64,000 nt of DNA, from contig VMGB01000001.1 of the NCBI GenBank assembly GCA_007376295.1, forward strand, positions 285,969 to 349,968. The letters run 5' to 3'. This DNA is from Parcubacteria group bacterium Gr01-1014_13 (GTDB lineage Bacteria; Patescibacteriota; Patescibacteriia; Magasanikbacterales; GWA2-37-8). Positions 58,224 through 64,000 of this stretch are shown here, piece after piece. The translations under genes and the position numbers were made by a program. Within the stretch, counting starts at the first letter, position 1. Every line of letters begins with the position of its first letter. The notes under the pieces were generated by a model that had not been told where the DNA came from, did no database searches, and saw nothing but the letters and a program-made list of their open reading frames with translations.

Positions 58224-59159
58224 CTACACTCCCATTTTATCAATTCTATCCTTAAAACTGTTTAATTTTTGTTGTTCTGGATTAACCAATCGCAGATCGT
58301 TATATCCTTTAAGTGCCAAGTCTTTATTGCCGCATATTATAGCAATTTCTATCAATAAGTCAAGGTACTTTGGATTTTGCGATTCTAGCTCCACAGCTTG
58401 TAGTATAGACTCTACGGCTACCTCTGGTTGACCCACCCTTACTAACAGCTCGGCCAGGTGATAAAAGCGCGGTGAAAATGAATCATTGATTAAAACTGCC
58501 TGTTGGAAATACTGTATCGCCTCTTCCAAATCACCCTGCTCTTCGGCTATTTTAGCCAACTTTACTAAAACACCATCGTCATCCGGCTGCATCTTCGTCA
58601 AAAACTTATATGTTTGTCTGGCTTCTTCTATAGAATCTTTGGCTAGATAAGTATCACCTAAGCCGCGGTAAGCCGCAGCTGATTTTGGATCAACTTTTAT
58701 AGCTGAGATAAATATCTCTTCTGCCTCATCAAAATTCCCCGCTTTTAACTGTTGCTCTCCGCTAGAAATTAACTGTCCTAATTTTTGTTCGTGCTCTTCT
58801 TTATTAACTACCTTATTTTTTTGTTTAATTTTTAGAACCTGTTCGTGATGAAGCAGTCTTTCTATCTTGCCAACATAGATTCTAAACTGTAATTGCGAGA
58901 TTCTCCAAAGCTTACCAACCGGGCCTAACATTTTTCCAACTTTGGTTTTTAACAAACTACCACTTTTTTCTATACGTTTATTTATAATCTCTCTTTTCTT
59001 TTGATAAATTTTTTCTTCAGGCAAGTTATGTAAATCCAAATTGGCCAAATGCGGAAATTTACGTAAAACTAAAAACAAAATAACTGCCAAGGCGATTATA
59101 ATTATTCCTAAAAAAAGTAAATTAAGCATAAAAACAAATTTAACGGACTGCGGCCACAA
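58224..59159 (-). CDS. TPR-repeat protein with an N-terminal TM anchor
   Basis: Several 34-aa TPR-like repeats (AAAYRGLGDTYLAKDSIEEARQTY...). Start probably MLNLLFLG. Confidence 0.6.
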   Translation of the reverse strand: MWPQSVKFVFMLNLLFLGIIIIALAVILFLVLRKFPHLANLDLHNLPEEKIYQKKREIINKRIEKSGSLLKTKVGKMLGPVGKLWRISQLQFRIYVGKIERLLHHEQVLKIKQKNKVVNKEEHEQKLGQLISSGEQQLKAGNFDEAEEIFISAIKVDPKSAAAYRGLGDTYLAKDSIEEARQTYKFLTKMQPDDDGVLVKLAKIAEEQGDLEEAIQYFQQAVLINDSFSPRFYHLAELLVRVGQPEVAVESILQAVELESQNPKYLDLLIEIAIICGNKDLALKGYNDLRLVNPEQQKLNSFKDRIDKMGV

Positions 59160-59895
59160 TATTCATCCAACTTTCCAAATTTGTCGACGCGTTACCCACC
59201 AATACGCCATTGATGTTAGGATTTTTTAAATACTCGGCCACATTTTCTGGCTTCACGCTTCCTCCATATAAAATAACAGGGGTAATACCAGTTAAAGCAA
59301 TAACTTGTTTTTTTATGAGTTGGTGCATGCGTTCGGCTTCTATAGGATCACAATTTTTGCCTGTGCCAATAGCCCAGACCGGTTCATAGGCTACAATTAA
59401 TTCTCTGTCTTTTGGCCAAACAATATTGTGAAACGCGGCTCGTACTTGAATTTCGATAGCTTCTTCGGTTTTATTTTCCGCTCTCTCTTTTTCAGTTTCA
59501 CCAACGCAAATCACTGGTGTTAAATGTTCATCTAAAATAGCCTCTAATTTTTTACGCACTTCGCTATTGCTTTCATGAAACAGATGTCGACGCTCGCTAT
59601 GGCCAACCAAAGCGTATTTGCAACCAGCTTCTTTGTACATTCTCGCTGATACTTCCCCAGTATCCCCGCCTTTATCTTGCCAATACACATTTTGCGCGCC
59701 CAAACTGATACCGACATCGTGCAAAACTTGGCCGACAGGATATAGCGCTAAAGCGCTGGGAAAAATTGCCATTTTTACAGACGTAGGAATACTTTTGGCC
59801 TGGGCGGCAATAGCGTTGGCCAAAATATTACTTTCATCGTAATCCAAATACATCTTCCAGTTGGCAAACAGATAAATTTTAGATTTATCGGACAT
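59140..59895 (-). CDS. tpiA: Triosephosphate isomerase
   Basis: NWKMY, VGHSERR and YEPVWAIGTG motifs. 251 aa. Confidence 0.9.
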   Translation of the reverse strand: MSDKSKIYLFANWKMYLDYDESNILANAIAAQAKSIPTSVKMAIFPSALALYPVGQVLHDVGISLGAQNVYWQDKGGDTGEVSARMYKEAGCKYALVGHSERRHLFHESNSEVRKKLEAILDEHLTPVICVGETEKERAENKTEEAIEIQVRAAFHNIVWPKDRELIVAYEPVWAIGTGKNCDPIEAERMHQLIKKQVIALTGITPVILYGGSVKPENVAEYLKNPNINGVLVGNASTNLESWMNIVAAVR

Positions 59896-59899
59896 AATA

Positions 59900-61183
59900 T
59901 TATTTTAACAAATCCAAAACCTTGTCTTTACTCATCGGACCGATTACCGCCACGCGCATTTGATCAAAATTAAACAATTTTTTGGCTACTCTTTTTACAT
60001 CCGCAGCCGTAACAGTCTTTATTTTCTTTGTCACCTGTTCGTAAGTTTGTATTTTATTAGCAAACCAAAATTGTTTGGCAAACCATTGGGCCTGAGTACT
60101 GGAATCTTCCATAGACAATTCGGTACGTCCGGCAATATTATTTTTTGAATCAATCAACTCTTTCTCTGAAACAGATTCATTAGTTATTTTTAACAACTCG
60201 GATTTTATAACTTTAAACGCATCACCTAATCGGGACGGATCTAGTCCGGCTTGAACGTTGGCCACTCCCACTTCTCTAAATGCGCCTGCGCCAGCATTAA
60301 CCATGTATGCCAAACCTCGCTTTTCACGAACTTCCACAAACAATCTGGAACTCATTCCCCCACCCAAAATATTTAGAAGTACCGAAACGGCATATCTATC
60401 TGGATCATTATAGTGTAGCCCAGGGAAACCGAGCATCACTTGCGCTTGGTCCAACTTCTTTTCTGTTACTAAAACTCTGTCTGTCAAAGACAGAACTTGT
60501 TTTTTCCAAATAAACTTTTCAAAATTTGATTTTAAATCATGCTTTTTGTCTTTGGCTCTGTCCATTTCAAAACGCTTCAAAGATTTAGGCAATTTTTTAT
60601 CATTAATATTTCCCGCTACAACCAACACCATGTTGCTTGGTAAATAAAAGTTTTGATAATAATTCCACAAATCTTCCCGGCTTAGGCCGCGGACGCTTTC
60701 AGGAGAGCCGCCAATATCCCAACCTAGCGGATGTTCACCAAACATCGCTCTTTCAAACAAAGTATCTACAGCCATGAGCGGATTATCTTCGTACATGCGT
60801 AATTCTTCAACAATCACACCTTTTTCTTTTTCAATTTCTTCACCTTCCAATTTGGAATTGAAAATTATATCAGCCAGCCAATCAAAAGCTTTCTCAGTAT
60901 TAATTTCTCCAGTGCGGACATAGTAGCCAGTGTAATCTTTGGAAGTAAAGGCGTTGTATTCAGCGCCCAAAGAATCTAATTCGCGAGAAATTTCCAAATG
61001 AGTCGGCCGTTTCTTGGTACCTTTGAACAACATGTGCTCCACAAAGTGGGATATGCCGGAGATTTTCTTGTGTTCGTAACGCGAACCAACCGGAAACATG
61101 GCCATGATAGTCACGGCTTTACTGCCAGCTACCGGCACCTTAATCAGAGTGATACCATTTTTTAATTTGGAAACTTTATACAT
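59900..61183 (-). CDS. M16-family (pitrilysin-like) zinc peptidase
   Basis: HFVEHMLFKGT inverted zincin motif (HxxEH). 427 aa. Confidence 0.8.
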   Translation of the reverse strand: MYKVSKLKNGITLIKVPVAGSKAVTIMAMFPVGSRYEHKKISGISHFVEHMLFKGTKKRPTHLEISRELDSLGAEYNAFTSKDYTGYYVRTGEINTEKAFDWLADIIFNSKLEGEEIEKEKGVIVEELRMYEDNPLMAVDTLFERAMFGEHPLGWDIGGSPESVRGLSREDLWNYYQNFYLPSNMVLVVAGNINDKKLPKSLKRFEMDRAKDKKHDLKSNFEKFIWKKQVLSLTDRVLVTEKKLDQAQVMLGFPGLHYNDPDRYAVSVLLNILGGGMSSRLFVEVREKRGLAYMVNAGAGAFREVGVANVQAGLDPSRLGDAFKVIKSELLKITNESVSEKELIDSKNNIAGRTELSMEDSSTQAQWFAKQFWFANKIQTYEQVTKKIKTVTAADVKRVAKKLFNFDQMRVAVIGPMSKDKVLDLLK

Positions 61184-61188
61184 AATCC

Positions 61189-62562
61189 TTATCTAGAAAA
61201 TTTATCTTTTAAGTAAGCCTGCAGATCCCCTATTTCAACTCTTTCTTGTTCCATAGTGTCTCTATCGCGAACAGTAACTTTTTTATCTTCCAAAGATTCA
61301 AAATCAACTGTTACGCAATACGGAGTACCGATTTCATCTTGACGGCGATAGCGCTTGCCAATACTTTGAGTTTCGTCATATTCCACACTGAAATTCTTAC
61401 GCAAAGTGGTAGCCAAATCTTTGGCTACACCCGATAATTCTTCTTTTTTAGATAATGGCAATACGGCTACTTGGATTGGCGCTAAATGTTTAGGGAATTT
61501 CATGACCACGCGAGTTTCGCTCTCACCTTTTTCAGCCGTAGGCACTTCCTCTTCGCTGTATGCTTCCAGTAGCGATACCAAAAGCATACGATCAATACCA
61601 AAAGTTGGTTCGATTACATGCGGCAAGAATCTTTCGTTTGTTTCTGGATCAGTATAGTGCAAATCTTGACCACTGACAGTTTCGTGCCGGGACAAATCAA
61701 AATCTGTGCGGTAAGCGATACCATGCAATTCTTTTATGCCAAACGGATATTTATATTCAACATCCACAGTACGTTTACTATAGTGAGCACGCTCGCCGTC
61801 TGGAATTTCATGCCAGACCAGATTATTCATATCTATCTGCATAACATCTTGCCACCAGCGCTTTATTTCACTCAACCACATCTCAAATGTTTCTTCCCAT
61901 TCTTTTGGATTGATAAAATATTCAAACTCACCGATTTCAAATTCACGGGTGCGGAAAATAAAGTTGCCGGGGGTAATTTCGTTGCGGAAATTTTTGCCGA
62001 TTTGAGCGATACCAAATGGCAAACGGCGACGAGTAGCATTTAAAATATTTTTGAAATTAACAAACATACCAGCGGCAGTTTCCGGACGCAGGTAAGCAAC
62101 GGTGGAAGTATCTTCGTTTACTCCCAAATGGGTTTTGAACATTAAATTAAATTGTTTTGGTTCGGTAAGTGAACCGTCGCAATCCGGACATTTCAATTCA
62201 GAGATAGTTTTTGCATTTTCTTTGTCATATCCCGGCTTGGCACTGGCTGCTTCCAGCAAATGATCGCTACGGAAACGGTGGTGACACTTTTTGCATTCTA
62301 CGAGTTCATCGCTAAAATTCTGCAAATGACCGGATGCTTCCCAAACTTTTGGGTTCATAATGATAGCCGTATCAAGAGGCACCATATCGCCTCTTTCCTG
62401 GACAAAAAACTTCCACCAAGCATTTTTGATATTTTGTTTAAGCATATGACCGAGCGGGCCGTAGTCCCAGCTATTGGCCAAACCGCCATAAATTTCACTA
62501 CCAGGAAACACAAAGCCACGTCGTTTGGCTAGAGAGATAATTTTGTCCATGTCTTTTTGCAT
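61189..62562 (-). CDS. glyQS: Glycyl-tRNA synthetase (alpha2 dimeric type)
   Basis: N-terminus RRGFVFPGSEIYGGLANSWDYGPLG, class II motifs, C-terminal anticodon-binding domain. 457 aa. Confidence 0.9.
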   Translation of the reverse strand: MQKDMDKIISLAKRRGFVFPGSEIYGGLANSWDYGPLGHMLKQNIKNAWWKFFVQERGDMVPLDTAIIMNPKVWEASGHLQNFSDELVECKKCHHRFRSDHLLEAASAKPGYDKENAKTISELKCPDCDGSLTEPKQFNLMFKTHLGVNEDTSTVAYLRPETAAGMFVNFKNILNATRRRLPFGIAQIGKNFRNEITPGNFIFRTREFEIGEFEYFINPKEWEETFEMWLSEIKRWWQDVMQIDMNNLVWHEIPDGERAHYSKRTVDVEYKYPFGIKELHGIAYRTDFDLSRHETVSGQDLHYTDPETNERFLPHVIEPTFGIDRMLLVSLLEAYSEEEVPTAEKGESETRVVMKFPKHLAPIQVAVLPLSKKEELSGVAKDLATTLRKNFSVEYDETQSIGKRYRRQDEIGTPYCVTVDFESLEDKKVTVRDRDTMEQERVEIGDLQAYLKDKFSR

Positions 62563-62658
62563 ATAGAGATTATTATACCAAAATTTTTACAATAAAAAAA
62601 GGCCCTTCTAAGGTCTTAATTGTAGCGTATTTATGTTGTTTACGTCAACTAAACGCCA

Positions 62659-62687
62659 TTGACTTTTTGATCATTATGTAGTATGCT
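62659..62687 (+). promoter_or_regulatory. Promoter TTGACT-17-TATGCT, with an AAGGAGA Shine-Dalgarno sequence 8 nt before the ATG
   Basis: Read directly from the sequence. Confidence 0.45.
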
Positions 62688-62705
62688 CCTCTCAAGGAGA
62701 AAACA

Positions 62706-63044
62706 ATGACAAAGACTTGGGGTTGGATTGTGACAATTACCGTAGCAGTGCTTACACTTTCTACTTTGGTTCATGCTTTAACCGTTGTAGAGCAAAATAA
62801 ACGGATTGATGCTCAAAAGCTCGAAATCGATACTTTATACAAAGATATCAGTACTCTATACAAAGATGTTGGCACTCTATATAAACTCACCGAAAAGTTG
62901 AGCCTAAATATGGAAGCCCAACAAAATTTGTTAGAAACTACAATCGACATGTGCAAGATGCGTAAGTCGACCACAGTCGAAGCCCAACCGACATCTCGTC
63001 ACATCATACAAATACGACCACTCGCGAAAGCGAAAAGTCGCTGA
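62706..63044 (+). CDS. Small membrane protein (N-terminal TM, then T-LYKD heptad-like repeats)
   Basis: 112 aa. Its own promoter and terminator. Confidence 0.5.
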   Translation: MTKTWGWIVTITVAVLTLSTLVHALTVVEQNKRIDAQKLEIDTLYKDISTLYKDVGTLYKLTEKLSLNMEAQQNLLETTIDMCKMRKSTTVEAQPTSRHIIQIRPLAKAKSR

Positions 63045-63085
63045 CACAACAAGGCCGAGGTTTTCACCTCGGCCTTTGTATTTTT
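63035..63085 (+). repeat. 51-bp module AAGTCGCTGACACAACAAGGCCGAGGTTTTCACCTCGGCCTTTGTATTTTT, copy 1. It spans the stop codon and a GGCCGAGGT/ACCTCGGCC terminator
   Basis: Identical, 51 of 51 nt, to 63380-63430. Confidence 0.7.
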
Positions 63086-63102
63086 GCCTATCAGTCAAAT
63101 CA

Positions 63103-63131
63103 TTGACAAAACCGTCATTTTATGCTACTAT
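63103..63131 (+). promoter_or_regulatory. Promoter TTGACA-17-TACTAT upstream of the second small gene
   Basis: Read directly from the sequence. Confidence 0.45.
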
Positions 63132-63147
63132 TTGCGATAGCTCTTAA

Positions 63148-63381
63148 ATGATTGGGAGTGGTGCAAAAGGAGAACAGATGCTACTTCTTCTAAAAACCAT
63201 AGAGATTCTAGTAATTCTGGCAGGATCGACTCTGCTTGTTGTCAACGCTATTTTCAATGATGGAAAGATGGAAGGTGTGTTTGCAATTTCGATCTGGACC
63301 GGAATCCTTTTCGGAGCTATTCACTATTTGAGGCTAAGGAAAAAAAATACTAAACCATGCGACCACCCGCAAAAGCGGTAA
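63148..63381 (+). CDS. Small membrane protein (2 TM), 77 aa
   Basis: Own promoter. Ends inside copy 2 of the repeat. Confidence 0.5.
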   Translation: MIGSGAKGEQMLLLLKTIEILVILAGSTLLVVNAIFNDGKMEGVFAISIWTGILFGAIHYLRLRKKNTKPCDHPQKR

Positions 63382-63430
63382 GTCGCTGACACAACAAGGC
63401 CGAGGTTTTCACCTCGGCCTTTGTATTTTT
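63380..63430 (+). repeat. 51-bp stop-codon/terminator module, copy 2
   Basis: Identical to 63035-63085. Confidence 0.7.
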
Positions 63431-63489
63431 AAATCGTATTAATCTAATCTTTTATTTTGATGGGTTAATTAAATTGTCAAAACTGATTC

Positions 63490-63897
63490 TTATTTATGAA
63501 GCTTACTATACATATCTGACGGTAGCGCTGTTTTTAACAGCTCGTCTACTAAACGCAAGGAGTTATTTATTTCTTTATCACCAGCTTCTTCGGCTGAATT
63601 AAAATCATATTTTTTTACAAAATCTTTTCCATGCCATTTTTTTCTATATGTAAATGGGACCTTAACAATTTTCTTTTCTGATGGTAAAAGAAACGAAACC
63701 TTACCTTCTTTTTCTACCTCCACCCCCTCATACCCTTTAACTCTATCGGGTAATTTAAGGCCAGAGTCTTTTATAACTTGAAGAAGATTTAACAATCTAA
63801 CCTTCGTTTCTTCCGCATGCTTATGCTCTAAATCTGCTTCCTGTTTTTCTGCTTCAGCTTGCCATAATGTTATTTCATCCTTTACGCTTTCACACAA
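63490..63897 (-). CDS. Hypothetical protein
   Basis: 135-aa ORF, charged and helical. No family recognised. Confidence 0.4.
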   Translation of the reverse strand: MCESVKDEITLWQAEAEKQEADLEHKHAEETKVRLLNLLQVIKDSGLKLPDRVKGYEGVEVEKEGKVSFLLPSEKKIVKVPFTYRKKWHGKDFVKKYDFNSAEEAGDKEINNSLRLVDELLKTALPSDMYSKLHK

Positions 63898-64000
63898 ATA
63901 TCTAGTTTCTGATTTAATATCAGTACTAAGTATGTTATCTACAATTTTAATAATTGTTTTGTTATCTAACTGAAAAGCCGGACGAAAATGCTTTGAATTA

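Overview
The window is AT-rich, compact bacterial chromosomal DNA. The gene content looks like a Patescibacteria/CPR-type genome, but that assignment is an inference. Supporting signs are a type IV pilus cluster (prepilin peptidase, pilin, PilM, CheY-like regulator), VirD4/TraG-like coupling ATPases with an unusual N-terminal domain, many small membrane and zinc-ribbon proteins, few biosynthetic genes, and no strong Shine-Dalgarno dependence.

Housekeeping genes recognised from the translations: ppsA, ligA, cysS, dnaX, folD, secD, secF, secA, tdk, msrA, a DEAD-box helicase, an ABC transporter pair, tpiA, an M16 peptidase, glyQS, Fur/Zur with a ZIP transporter, a CorA-like transporter, and rpmG (below the ORF-track size cut-off).

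RNA genes:
- tRNA-Asp and tRNA-Gln on the + strand.
- A − strand array tRNA-Thr(TGT) / ORF / tRNA-Tyr / tRNA-Thr(GGT) / rpmG / tRNA-Trp. The Tyr and Thr(GGT) genes each appear to be interrupted in the anticodon loop by a ~190-nt group-I-like intron; both introns carry the conserved AAGATA(T/C)AGTC S element.
- A GC-rich non-coding stretch at 6.38-6.82 kb carries RNase P RNA-like conserved blocks, in a reduced form.

Accessory and unusual content:
- A 1.8-kb islet holding only a Fic (HPFx[D/E]GNGR) gene, bounded by a 25-bp direct repeat of the tRNA-Gln 3' end.
- An uncharacterised three-gene module (small TM protein, a 514-aa protein with a C-terminal PD-(D/E)xK-like D..ELK motif, and a TM protein) wedged between tRNA-Trp and conserved genes. 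This is my best candidate for an undescribed system.
- A GC-elevated pair of secreted proteins, one with eukaryote-like cysteine-rich repeats.
- An outer-membrane-like beta-barrel ending in Phe.
- ppsA fused to a C-terminal TM helix plus ~200-aa domain.
- An ATPase-less paralog of the coupling protein.
- Several duplicated promoter/terminator modules.

No CRISPR array, integrase, transposase or rRNA gene was found. All coordinates for RNA features and regulatory elements were derived by hand and may be off by a few nucleotides.
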